DNA from: a bacterium
GTDB lineage: Bacteria; Omnitrophota; Gorgyraeia; Duberdicusellales; 4484-171
DNA: 64,000 bases
Direction: 5' to 3'
NCBI GenBank assembly: GCA_021796115.1
Contig: JAJYOP010000006.1
Span: forward strand, 8,359-72,358
Position 1 is the first letter of the stretch. Each line of letters opens with the position of its first letter. The notes beneath the pieces were generated by a model, which ran no database searches, was not told where the DNA came from, and saw only the letters and a list, made by a program, of their open reading frames with translations. Made by a program: the position numbers and the translations under genes. This document shows, piece after piece, positions 28,180-37,713 of this stretch.

Positions 28180-28252
28180 GCCCATAGTCGACAGTCGATA
28201 CTCCATAGATTAAAACTGTGGATTGTGAAATAAAAGGGTGGAGTTTTCAGAG

Positions 28253-29164
28253 ATGAAAATAGGTCTTGCATTAGGCGGAGGAGTAGCAAGAGGGTTCTTT
28301 CATATCGGAGCCATAAAGGCTTTAGAGAAAGCTAAAATAAAGATAGATATAATTTCAGGAACTTCCATCGGCTCATTAATCGGTGGGCTTTATGCCACTA
28401 ATGCGGATATAAAAAAAGTCGAAGAATGCACTTTCAAGATTCTCGAACAGCATCAAAAGGAAATTGCATTGCTTAAAACAAGTTTTTCCGCGACTAATGT
28501 CGAGGCAAAAACGCAATTTATAGAAAAATTCGTCGATTTAGCAAAGGAATTTTATATCTGGAATTTGCGTATCGCAAAGCCTTCCCTGGTTGCTTTAAAG
28601 CCATTCATAAAAATATTTACAAATCTTTTCGGAGAAAGCCATTTTTCGGATTGCAAAATACCTTTCTTTGTAACTGCAGTCGATATAGCCAAGGGAGAAG
28701 TTGTTACCATACAGGATGGGCCGATATATAAAGGCGTGCTTGCTTCTTCTTCCTATCCCGGTTTTTTCCCGCCGCTTAGAACCGAGAATAAACTTCTTAT
28801 TGACGGCGGAGTGCTCATGCCGGTTCCGGTAAGAGTTTTAAAAGGAAAATCGGATTTCATAATTGCGATAAACCTTGAAAAAACGGATTATAAACTTCCG
28901 CACGTTAGAAACGCTATGGACCTTATGAATTTAGCTGACAGGATAAGGTACAGAAGGATTATCCAGGAAAGCCTGGCCGGCGCAAATTTTCTTATTGCTC
29001 CGGATCTTGAAGACTTTTGTTGGGGAGATTTTAGCCGGGCAAAGGAGCTGGTCGAAAAGGGCGAAGTGGAAACCGCTAAGCTGGCAGAAAAACTGATAAA
29101 GGCTATAAATCAGCACAAATTCCGGAAATTTTTCTTTCTGGACCGGCTATTCAAACATTCCTAA
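28253..29164 (+). CDS. patatin-like phospholipase
   Basis: GGGVARG oxyanion motif, GTSIGS (GxSxG), DGG. Confidence 0.85.
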   Translation: MKIGLALGGGVARGFFHIGAIKALEKAKIKIDIISGTSIGSLIGGLYATNADIKKVEECTFKILEQHQKEIALLKTSFSATNVEAKTQFIEKFVDLAKEFYIWNLRIAKPSLVALKPFIKIFTNLFGESHFSDCKIPFFVTAVDIAKGEVVTIQDGPIYKGVLASSSYPGFFPPLRTENKLLIDGGVLMPVPVRVLKGKSDFIIAINLEKTDYKLPHVRNAMDLMNLADRIRYRRIIQESLAGANFLIAPDLEDFCWGDFSRAKELVEKGEVETAKLAEKLIKAINQHKFRKFFFLDRLFKHS

Positions 29165-29405
29165 TTTTTCCGCACCGTATCAATTGACTTTTCTTAAAGA
29201 TTTGATATCATACCCGAATCAAATGAAGCCAATATTTTCCAAGCCGTAGACTGCCATAAGGGCAGCCCAACGGGGCGTCCTGGTGGACAGGCATGGTGAA
29301 GGAAATTAGCGGATAAATATTTAAAATTGTTTTGGCTTATGTAATCAGCATAAAAACGGCGCAGAGTGTTAATCAGGCATCTAACTCTAAAGAGAAACCT
29401 GCCTT

Positions 29406-30068
29406 TTGGATGAACTTTCAGCTTCGATGGTCAAGAAGAGACTTTTTATTTTTGATTTAGACGGAACTTTGGCCGATGCCTATCGCGCCATAGAAAAAAG
29501 CCTTAATTTTACCCTCCAAAATCTTGGTTTTGAAAAAGTAAGCTATGAAGAAGCAAAGCGAAAAGTTGGCAGGGGAGACAAGGCATTCATGGAGACTTTT
29601 TTCCCTGAAAACGCTATTAAAAAGGCTTTACGTATATACCGTGCCCACCATAAGAAAGCACTGAAATTTTATTCACGGCCAAAGCCTTATGCTAGAGAGT
29701 TATTGCGAAAGCTAAAACAGAAAAATAAATTAACCGCCATAGCTTCCAACCGGCCGAGCGTCTATACCAATTTAATTTTAAAATCTCTGGAGATAAAAAA
29801 ATATTTCGATATCGTATTATGCGCGGATGAAATCAAAAGCAACAAACCAGACCCGAAAATATTGAATATTATCACAAAAAAGCTTAGAATAAAAAAAGCC
29901 GATGCAGTTTTTGTGGGCGATATGGACATCGACCTTGAAACGGCAAAACGCGCAGGCATGGATATGGTTTTTATTAAAGGCGGTTCGAGCCATTTACACA
30001 GTGTAAGAAAATACAAAAATAAAAAAGTAATTAGTTCTTTAAAAGAAATTTTAACGTTGTATAATTAA
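29406..30068 (+). CDS. HAD-superfamily hydrolase (phosphoglycolate-phosphatase-like)
   Basis: FIFDLDGTLADA, SN, KPDP, VGDMDIDLE motifs. The start could instead be the internal ATG at 29427. Confidence 0.8.
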   Translation: MDELSASMVKKRLFIFDLDGTLADAYRAIEKSLNFTLQNLGFEKVSYEEAKRKVGRGDKAFMETFFPENAIKKALRIYRAHHKKALKFYSRPKPYARELLRKLKQKNKLTAIASNRPSVYTNLILKSLEIKKYFDIVLCADEIKSNKPDPKILNIITKKLRIKKADAVFVGDMDIDLETAKRAGMDMVFIKGGSSHLHSVRKYKNKKVISSLKEILTLYN

Positions 30069-30129
30069 TAAATTTCTGGTTAAGATTAATACTGTACCCT
30101 TAACCTTGCCCCCTGTACTTTGGAGAAAC

Positions 30130-33100
30130 ATGGATAAAGATTACGCCTTACAAAACGACGGAAGTTTTATTATAAAAAATTACAACAGCAAATACCCGTT
30201 CTCTAATTTTCTTCCCGGTGTTGCCGGCGAATGGGGTGTACCGATGTGGGTTTTTTACGTAAACCGCGCTCAAGGCATCGCCAGCTTCGGTATAAAAGAT
30301 AAAGACCATTCAATCAGCGAATTTTTCCCGGCCAATAACTCCTATTCTTTCACGCCCCTTGTGGGCTTCAGGACATTTTTGAAAATCAATAATGAGATTA
30401 ATTATGAGCCTTTCCGTGTTATTTCCGATTATGAACGGGAAGAGGAAATGGTTATCAAAAGCGCATCATTCCAAATAAAGAAAATAAACAAAGAGCTGGG
30501 CCTCGAATTTAACATTAAGTATTTCACCCTTCCTAATACGCCGGTCGGCGCTTTAGCAAGGATTCTTTCCATAAAAAATATTTCGCATAAAGAAGCAGAC
30601 CTTGAGGTACTTGATGGCCTGTCAAAAATAGTTCCCTTTGGCTTAAGCCATGTCCTTCTTAAGGATTTAGCGCGTACCCTTGAAGCCTGGATGCGCGTTT
30701 CGATAGGGGGCAGCCTTTCGCTTTTCCGGTTAATCGTTGACCCGAAAGATTCGAGCCAGACGAAATTCGTCGATGGCGCAAATTTTAATTATGCCTTTTA
30801 CGAAGATGATTCGAAAAAGATTTCGCCCTACTTAATCGTTGACCCGGGCAGCATATTTTCTTACGATACGTCTTACTCCTGGCCGATAAATTTCTTTAAG
30901 AAAGAGTTTAAAGCCCCGCTCAATCAGATAACCTGCGGCAAAACTCCGTGTGCTTTCAGCTATTTCAAATGGAAGCTTTCGCCGGGCGAAGCGAAAAATT
31001 TCTATAGCATTTTTGGCGCCTCTTTCAAGTCGGAGCTGGTAGAAAATTTTTCGAAAAATATAAACAGTGCATTTTTAAAAGCAAAAGAAAATGAGAATGA
31101 AAAAATAATCGAGGATATAAAAAACTCTTGCCTATGCGTTTCTGCCAGCAAAGAGCTCGATCATTATGTAAAGTGTTCCTACCTCGATAATGTTTTAAGA
31201 GGGGGGCTGCCTTACTCGTTTAATACGGTTACAAAAGATAAATATAATGTTTATTATATTTATTCGCGTAAGCACGGCGATCTGGAAAGGGATTATAATA
31301 AATTCAAACTTCTGCCCTCGCCTTTCAGCGAAGGAGAAGCGAATTACCGGGATATTAACCAGAATCGCAGGATAGATTTATTTTTTAACCCGCATATCGG
31401 TAAAAACAACATTATTTACTTTTTAAATCTTTTAAAAATTGACGGATATAATCCTCTGGTGGTTAAAGGGGAACGGCTTTTCTTTTCGAAAAAAGACGCG
31501 CTCGAGATTCTTAAACAATTCGGCATAAACAAAGATGAAAAAATTATTTCATTGATGATCTGCGGTTTTCACCTTGGTGATTTCTTCAAGCTTCTTAAAG
31601 AAAGGGGAATAAATGTTCTGAAAGGACAGCTTCTGGCAAGTACCATTGTCCAAAGAGCATCCAGGGAGCCATTTGCTTCGCACGGGGAAGGTTACTGGAT
31701 TGACCACTGGAGATATAATCTTGACCTTATTGAAAATTTCTTAAGCATTTATCCCGACCAGCTTAAAAGCCTGTTTCTAACCAGGGGCTATCTATTTTGG
31801 GATGACGAATTTAGAGTTAGGCCTAGATTTGCCAGGCTTCACGTGAAAGATAAAAAAGTCTATCAGTGGCATTCTGTGGAAGAGGTGGCGGCAAAAAAAG
31901 ATGAGCTGGGTAAGAGGGATAAATTTGCCAACTTCCTGCGTAACAAGAAGGGCAATATTTACCGCACAAACCTTTTTGAGAAAATTTTAACCCTGATTTT
32001 GAATAAAGCTTCGAGCCTTGACCCGGAAGGCATCGGTGTTGAGATGGAGGCGGATAAGCCTGGCTGGTGTGATTCCTTAAACGGCCTGCCGGCGCTATTT
32101 GGCTCATCGCTTTGCGAAACGCTTGAATTAAAACGCGCCTGTATCCTGATAAAGGAAACATTGGAAGAATTGAAACTTAAAGAAGTGGCTGTTTCCGATG
32201 AAGTTTATTCATTCTACGTAAAGATAGAGAGACTGCTTAAGAACTATCTGGATAGAAATGATAAAAAGCGTGATTTTGACTGGTGGGAAAAAAGTAATTT
32301 AGTAAAAGAAAAATTCAGGGAAGAGGCTTTTCGGACGCTTTCCGGTAAGACAAAAAAAATCTCCGCTAAAGATCTCAAAGAGTTTCTCGCGGGACTTATT
32401 GAAAAGTTGGATTACGGTATAGCCAAAGCGAAAGATTCGACCGGAATGTATACCACATACTTTACTTATGAGCTAAAAAAATACCGGCTGATGAATAAAC
32501 AGGTGGTACCGCTAGAATTTATAAAAAGAGCCTTACCGTATTTTCTTGAAGGGCCAATGCACGCTTTAAGAACCGAAAAAGACCCTCTAACGTATCAGGC
32601 GGTGAGAGTGTCGCGTCTTTTTGACGAAAAGCTCAAAAGCTATCGCCTTAACGATTCGCTTAAGAACGAGTCGCTTGAAATCGGAAGGAGCCGGATTTTT
32701 ATCCCGGGTTGGCTTGAAAATGAATCCATATGGCTGCATATGGAGTATAAGTATCTTTTAGAGGTCTTAAAGAACGGGCTTTATGATGAGTTTTTCGCTG
32801 ACTTTAAAAATTGCGCCGTCTGTTTCTTTGATCCCGAACGTTACGGAAGAAACATTCTTGAAAATTCTTCTTTCATTGTCAGCAGCGCTTATCCTGACAG
32901 AAGCCTCTGGGGAAAAGGATTTGTTGCGCGCTTGTCCGGCGCAACGGTTGAGCTCTTAAATATTCTTTTTGTGATGTATCTGGGTAAAACCCCATTTTTT
33001 ATGAATGACAGGGGCGAACTTTGCCTGCGTTTTACACCGATTTTAAAAGGAACTTTTTTTACGAAAACCGAAACCAGGATTGATACCGGAAAAAAGGAAA

Positions 33101-33327
33101 TTACTTTAGAGAAAAATTCATTTGCTTTTAAATTATTTTCAAGCACGCTTGTTGTCTATCATAATTCGGCGAGAAAAGATACTTTTAATAAGGATTGCCG
33201 CGTCGAAAAAATTGTAGTTACTGCCGCAGATAAAGAGCAGGTAATCAATGGCGACGTTTTGCCGCCGCCATTGAGTAGCCTCATACGGGAAATGAAGTTT
33301 GAGCGGGTGGATGTGTATTTTAAGTGA
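30130..33327 (+). CDS. very large (about 1065 aa) cytoplasmic protein of unknown function
   Basis: Uninterrupted ORF with no signal peptide or TM and no motif I can assign. ATG 30130 is preferred over the TTG inside the upstream repeat. Confidence 0.7.
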   Translation: MDKDYALQNDGSFIIKNYNSKYPFSNFLPGVAGEWGVPMWVFYVNRAQGIASFGIKDKDHSISEFFPANNSYSFTPLVGFRTFLKINNEINYEPFRVISDYEREEEMVIKSASFQIKKINKELGLEFNIKYFTLPNTPVGALARILSIKNISHKEADLEVLDGLSKIVPFGLSHVLLKDLARTLEAWMRVSIGGSLSLFRLIVDPKDSSQTKFVDGANFNYAFYEDDSKKISPYLIVDPGSIFSYDTSYSWPINFFKKEFKAPLNQITCGKTPCAFSYFKWKLSPGEAKNFYSIFGASFKSELVENFSKNINSAFLKAKENENEKIIEDIKNSCLCVSASKELDHYVKCSYLDNVLRGGLPYSFNTVTKDKYNVYYIYSRKHGDLERDYNKFKLLPSPFSEGEANYRDINQNRRIDLFFNPHIGKNNIIYFLNLLKIDGYNPLVVKGERLFFSKKDALEILKQFGINKDEKIISLMICGFHLGDFFKLLKERGINVLKGQLLASTIVQRASREPFASHGEGYWIDHWRYNLDLIENFLSIYPDQLKSLFLTRGYLFWDDEFRVRPRFARLHVKDKKVYQWHSVEEVAAKKDELGKRDKFANFLRNKKGNIYRTNLFEKILTLILNKASSLDPEGIGVEMEADKPGWCDSLNGLPALFGSSLCETLELKRACILIKETLEELKLKEVAVSDEVYSFYVKIERLLKNYLDRNDKKRDFDWWEKSNLVKEKFREEAFRTLSGKTKKISAKDLKEFLAGLIEKLDYGIAKAKDSTGMYTTYFTYELKKYRLMNKQVVPLEFIKRALPYFLEGPMHALRTEKDPLTYQAVRVSRLFDEKLKSYRLNDSLKNESLEIGRSRIFIPGWLENESIWLHMEYKYLLEVLKNGLYDEFFADFKNCAVCFFDPERYGRNILENSSFIVSSAYPDRSLWGKGFVARLSGATVELLNILFVMYLGKTPFFMNDRGELCLRFTPILKGTFFTKTETRIDTGKKEITLEKNSFAFKLFSSTLVVYHNSARKDTFNKDCRVEKIVVTAADKEQVINGDVLPPPLSSLIREMKFERVDVYFK

Positions 33328-33529
33328 AGTTAATATCCAATTAGGTTAGAAGGTTGCGAAAGTTACGAAGATTGCAGAGGTTACACTGGAACCATATAAC
33401 CTTTGTAACCTAAAATTACTTCGTAATACGTATGTTAGCGTTAGCGGTTTAGAGGAAGCATCAAATTTTACTAAAAGCCCTAAAAACCCTTGTATTTGTT
33501 AGCTTTTTCCAATTTTTTTAAGAAAAGTC

Positions 33530-33559
33530 TTGACAAGGTTGGCGCTATTTGCTTATAAT
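33530..33559 (+). promoter_or_regulatory. strong sigma70-like promoter upstream of the porin gene
   Basis: TTGACA (33530-33535), 18-nt spacer, TATAAT (33554-33559). Confidence 0.55.
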
Positions 33560-33851
33560 AAAGTAGCTGAGCCGCGAAAAAAATTCCAGAAGGCTCATCC
33601 TAAAAGTCTTAAGAGACTGAAGGATCTCTTTGAAAATAGTTATTATAGTGGTTATACCGTCTGCAGGCGATTTTAATCTGGCAAAAAAGGAGGTGAGGAA
33701 TAAAAATTAAGCCAAAATCGTCAAAATCGTAGATGATATAACTATAGATTGGTCATAACAAGGAAGCCCCATTTTTAAGGGGTGGCTAACCTTGTGAGCA
33801 CATAAATAGTTTTTTAGGTTTATTTAAAAGGATTTTGAAAGGAGGAAACTA

Positions 33852-35231
33852 ATGAGTAAGAAACTACTACTTCTTGCAGCAGTTTTGTTCATGGCCGCAT
33901 CCGGCATGGCATTTGCTGCTGTAGAAAACATTAAAGTTAGTGGCGACATTAACATGGAAGCCGTGGGAAGAGATCTTTCTATGGGCGGAACTACCCATGG
34001 ACAGCTTGATGCAGAAAGCTATTTGTTTTCGCAGGTAAGGTTGAGATTCGACGCTGATTTAACGGAAAATGTTTCCGGAACCGTCCGTTTAATCAATGAA
34101 AGAACATGGGGCGAAGAAGATAGTTATGGCGATAACTCTTCAGTTGACCTTGACTTGGCCTACATTACCATGAAAGAGTTCTTGTATCAGCCTCTCACAA
34201 TCATTGCCGGACGCCAGAACCTCCATTATGGCAATGGGTTAATCGTTGGCGATCCTGATACAAACATGACAATGGCAACTAGTTCAACCACTGCCTATCG
34301 TTTTGGCGATTTATCTTTGAGAAAATCATTTGATGCAGTAAGAGCGATTCTTGATTTTTCACCGTGGACAATTGATGCAATTTACTCCAAAGTTAGAGAA
34401 CCGCATACGAATAGACTTGACAATACTAATCTTTGGGGCGTTAATGCTAATTATCAGTGGGGTTCATTTCAAGGAGTAAGCGAACTTTATTACTTTGGCG
34501 CACAGAATAATAGATACTCTTTGCTTTACACACCCATTGATAGCCAAGTTCCAGAAAATCAGGATATTACCAATGTAATCGGCGGAAGAGTGCAATTTAA
34601 CCCGATTGAAAAGATGACCTTGGGTTTAGAAGGCGCTTATCAATTTGGTGATGTACAGAATACTGTGGCTCAATCATATACGTCGCTTAATACACCCGCG
34701 CAACACTTAAGTGCTTATGCCATTGAAGCCATGGCTGAATACAGATTCATGACCAAGTACAATCCGAAACTTGGCTTAACCTATGTTTATTTAAGCGGCC
34801 AAGATGATTTGGATGGCAAAAATCGCGGCTGGGATCCGATGTTTGAAGACCAAAGCTTAGGCGAAATCATCAATGTGTTATTTCCGAACTCAAACATTCA
34901 GGGCGCAAGGGTTAATGGTTCGATTATGCCAAGAGAAGATATTACCCTCGGCCTTTCTTACAGCTGGTTGAAATTAGCAAATAACATAAACTATAGTGCA
35001 GCAAGCACCACCTACACACCGCCAATGGGCTGGTATTCACAGAATACATATGACATCAACCCTAACAACACCTATTTAGGCAGCGAAGTTGATGCCTATG
35101 CCTTGTATGACTACACCGAAGATGTCCAACTTAAGGTATCCGGCGCATGGTTCATACCGGGAAATTTCTTCGCCGACACGAATAACGATCTCGCGTATTC
35201 CCTAAGAGGCGGAGTTAACCTTAACTTCTAA
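33852..35231 (+). CDS. outer-membrane beta-barrel porin-like protein
   Basis: Signal peptide ...GMAFA-AV, alternating beta-strand pattern, C-terminal ...GGVNLNF with terminal Phe. SD aaaggagg. Confidence 0.7.
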   Translation: MSKKLLLLAAVLFMAASGMAFAAVENIKVSGDINMEAVGRDLSMGGTTHGQLDAESYLFSQVRLRFDADLTENVSGTVRLINERTWGEEDSYGDNSSVDLDLAYITMKEFLYQPLTIIAGRQNLHYGNGLIVGDPDTNMTMATSSTTAYRFGDLSLRKSFDAVRAILDFSPWTIDAIYSKVREPHTNRLDNTNLWGVNANYQWGSFQGVSELYYFGAQNNRYSLLYTPIDSQVPENQDITNVIGGRVQFNPIEKMTLGLEGAYQFGDVQNTVAQSYTSLNTPAQHLSAYAIEAMAEYRFMTKYNPKLGLTYVYLSGQDDLDGKNRGWDPMFEDQSLGEIINVLFPNSNIQGARVNGSIMPREDITLGLSYSWLKLANNINYSAASTTYTPPMGWYSQNTYDINPNNTYLGSEVDAYALYDYTEDVQLKVSGAWFIPGNFFADTNNDLAYSLRGGVNLNF

Positions 35232-35252
35232 TTGCTAATTTAAGTTAACAAT

Positions 35253-35291
35253 AACCCCCGTTTCGGGAAACCGGAACGGGGGTTATTATTT
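35253..35291 (+). terminator. rho-independent terminator
   Basis: aacccccgtttcgg-gaaa-ccggaacgggggtt followed by attattt. Confidence 0.65.
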
Positions 35292-35416
35292 ACCACGGCT
35301 GTCGCGGATAAAATCATCCGTCTGTATCCGTTCCCCCCGATACCCCCTTTATTTTTACTTTGCAAAAAATAAAAATTTAATTTGACAAATCATCAAACCT
35401 ATGATATAGCGGGTAC

Positions 35417-37678
35417 ATGGGTATTCGTCAATCGGTTGCGGTTGCGTTATGTGTGAGACGTTTGACAATATCGTTTTTATGTTTGTTGTTTGTCCCGGTT
35501 TCTCTTTTTGCCGCGAACTCCGCGCCTGCGATTGGGGCAATAATTCCTCAACGCGGCTCGTCAGTTGCGAACCAGCTAACTTACTTTGTAACCACCTTCA
35601 GCGATGCCAACGGCTGGCAGAATATCCAATATGTTTATTCTATCGTCAATAATTCGACTTCCTGCAAAAACTGTTTTTATGGCTACTATAACCAGAATAC
35701 TAATAAACTTTACCTTCGAAATGACGCAAATACTGCCTGGCTTGGAGGATATGTTCCAGGGGCAGCCAAGGTAATCGAAAATTCCTACGCAAAGTTAGAC
35801 TGTTCAAAAACCACGATTAGCGGTTCAGGCAATAATCTCTCTGTTAAATGGGCAGTAACCTTTAAATCCACTTTTACCGGAGCTAAAAAATGTTATCTCT
35901 ACGTTAAAGATGATGCCAATGCCTATCAGGGCTGGTTACAAAAAGGAACCTGGACGATTAATCTACCTGATACTATCTCGCCTACTGGTTCAATAAAGAT
36001 AAATAATGATGCTCAATATTCCAATCTAAATACCGTTACCCTTAATCTCTCGGCAACGGATAACGTTGGCGGAAGCGGACTTTCGCAAATGCAGTTTTCT
36101 AATAATAATTCCACCTGGTCAACTGCTGAGGGTTATGCCACAACTAAAAGTTGGACTTTAGCTTCTGGCGATGGACAAAAAACCGTTTACGTTAAATTTA
36201 AAGACATTGCCGGCAACTGGTCGCAAAGTTACTCCGCTACGATTATCCTTGACACAACGCCGCCGGTTATTGTAATTACCTTCCCAGGTAACGGCGCCTT
36301 TGTTGATGAAGCGCAAATAAGGCTTGAGGGCACTGTTGATGGAATTGCTTTTTCCGAGAATGTTACTTTACCGCAGGAAGGCGAAAACATAATCACAAAG
36401 ACGGCTCAAGATAGCGCCGGTAATTCTGCCACGGCCGCTATAAAGGTAAACCTTTATAGCGGAGAATTAATCGGCGCCGAAGGAGGAGCAGTGGTTTCGC
36501 CTGACGGTAAGGTGAAGTTAACTATTCCAAGCGGTGCCCTAGCCTCCCCGACCAGAATAAGAATCAAGAATGTAAACAATTCTGTTTTAGCCAATACCGC
36601 TCCACAAAATGAGCCGCTAATCAGCGCGGTTGAATGCACACCTTACGGCCTTGTCTTCGATAAACCAGCAACCATGACTTATACGCTTAATCAGGCAGAA
36701 GTTCCGGGAACAACCGTTGAACTTGGATATTATGACCCTACCCAGAATAAGACCATTCCCACCGGCCAGGTCTCAAGCGTTGGAACTGACAGCTATACAA
36801 TTAATTTCCTTATTCAGCACTTTTCAACTTATGCGGCATTGAAGAATCTGGTATCAAGCGGAGCGCCAATTGGCATAGGCGTGCAAATCCCTCTTCCGGA
36901 TATGTTTACCGGTTCTTTCAGCCACGCCATACCGATTACGGTTTCGCCGGGCAGAAAAGGCATGCAACCGTCCCTTAGCCTCGCCTATCGCTCGTCTAAC
37001 CCAAATTCCTGGGTGGGTATGGGTTTTAGCCTTAATCCCGGCTATATTGTGCGCTCGACCCGTTTAGGCCCGCCATCCTATAACGATACCCAGGATACCT
37101 TCTATTTTATCACTGATGCTGGAAGTACCGAATTAGTCCATTTGACCGATAATCTCTATCAGGCAAAAATCGAATCAAGCTTTGCTAAATTTTTTAAAGA
37201 AACCGATGACTCCTGGAAAGTAGCGGGAAAAGACGGAAGCGTTTTACGCTTCGGCCAGTCATCTTCTGCCAAAGAAACTTCTCCTTCAGGAACCTTTGCC
37301 TGGTACCTTACAAAAGCTATCGATGCTAATAAGAACTATATTGAATATACCTATATAAAGGATGAGGGTAAATCCTATCTTTCCCGCATTGACTATACCG
37401 GTAACGAAGCCGGCTTTTCTCCGACAAACAGCGTTGAATTCTTCCTTGAGTCAAGAGAAGACACCCCTTCAAGTTATATCTCAAACGCCAGAATCGCCAT
37501 TGCCAAACGCCTTCATGAAATTCAGGTTAAAGTCAATTCGGAGTTGGTTTGGAGGTATGTCCTTGAATATGAATATAGCCAGGATACAAATCGTTCTTTA
37601 CTTAAATCCGTCAAGCAATACGGAGCAGATGGCAAGGTTCTACCGGAACAGAAATTGAGCTATCAGAAAGCGAGATAG
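35417..37678 (+). CDS. secreted Ig-like-repeat protein ending in an SpvB/TcaC-type N-terminal domain (probably a truncated Tc/Rhs-class protein)
   Basis: Signal peptide. SpvB-type block VSPGRKGMQPSLSLAYRSSNPNSWVGMGFSL...RSTRLGPPSYND. The ORF stops inside the gtcgat/ccatag word repeat. Confidence 0.7.
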   Translation: MGIRQSVAVALCVRRLTISFLCLLFVPVSLFAANSAPAIGAIIPQRGSSVANQLTYFVTTFSDANGWQNIQYVYSIVNNSTSCKNCFYGYYNQNTNKLYLRNDANTAWLGGYVPGAAKVIENSYAKLDCSKTTISGSGNNLSVKWAVTFKSTFTGAKKCYLYVKDDANAYQGWLQKGTWTINLPDTISPTGSIKINNDAQYSNLNTVTLNLSATDNVGGSGLSQMQFSNNNSTWSTAEGYATTKSWTLASGDGQKTVYVKFKDIAGNWSQSYSATIILDTTPPVIVITFPGNGAFVDEAQIRLEGTVDGIAFSENVTLPQEGENIITKTAQDSAGNSATAAIKVNLYSGELIGAEGGAVVSPDGKVKLTIPSGALASPTRIRIKNVNNSVLANTAPQNEPLISAVECTPYGLVFDKPATMTYTLNQAEVPGTTVELGYYDPTQNKTIPTGQVSSVGTDSYTINFLIQHFSTYAALKNLVSSGAPIGIGVQIPLPDMFTGSFSHAIPITVSPGRKGMQPSLSLAYRSSNPNSWVGMGFSLNPGYIVRSTRLGPPSYNDTQDTFYFITDAGSTELVHLTDNLYQAKIESSFAKFFKETDDSWKVAGKDGSVLRFGQSSSAKETSPSGTFAWYLTKAIDANKNYIEYTYIKDEGKSYLSRIDYTGNEAGFSPTNSVEFFLESREDTPSSYISNARIAIAKRLHEIQVKVNSELVWRYVLEYEYSQDTNRSLLKSVKQYGADGKVLPEQKLSYQKAR

Positions 37679-37713
37679 TCGATAGTCCATAGATAGAAAA
37701 AACAAAGGGAAAA

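Noticed and set aside
29220-29340. SRP (4.5S) RNA
   Set aside because: GGTGAAGGAAATTAGCGG looks superficially like the domain IV GGAAGGAAGCAGCC segment. However, the conserved GTCAGGTCCGGAAGGAAGCAGC core is absent.
35382-35417. Leaderless transcript for the SpvB-domain gene (TTGACA at 35382, extended -10 TGATATAGC ending 35410, ATG at 35417)
   Set aside because: The spacing fits, but the -10 is weak and nothing corroborates it. It is too speculative to list as a feature.
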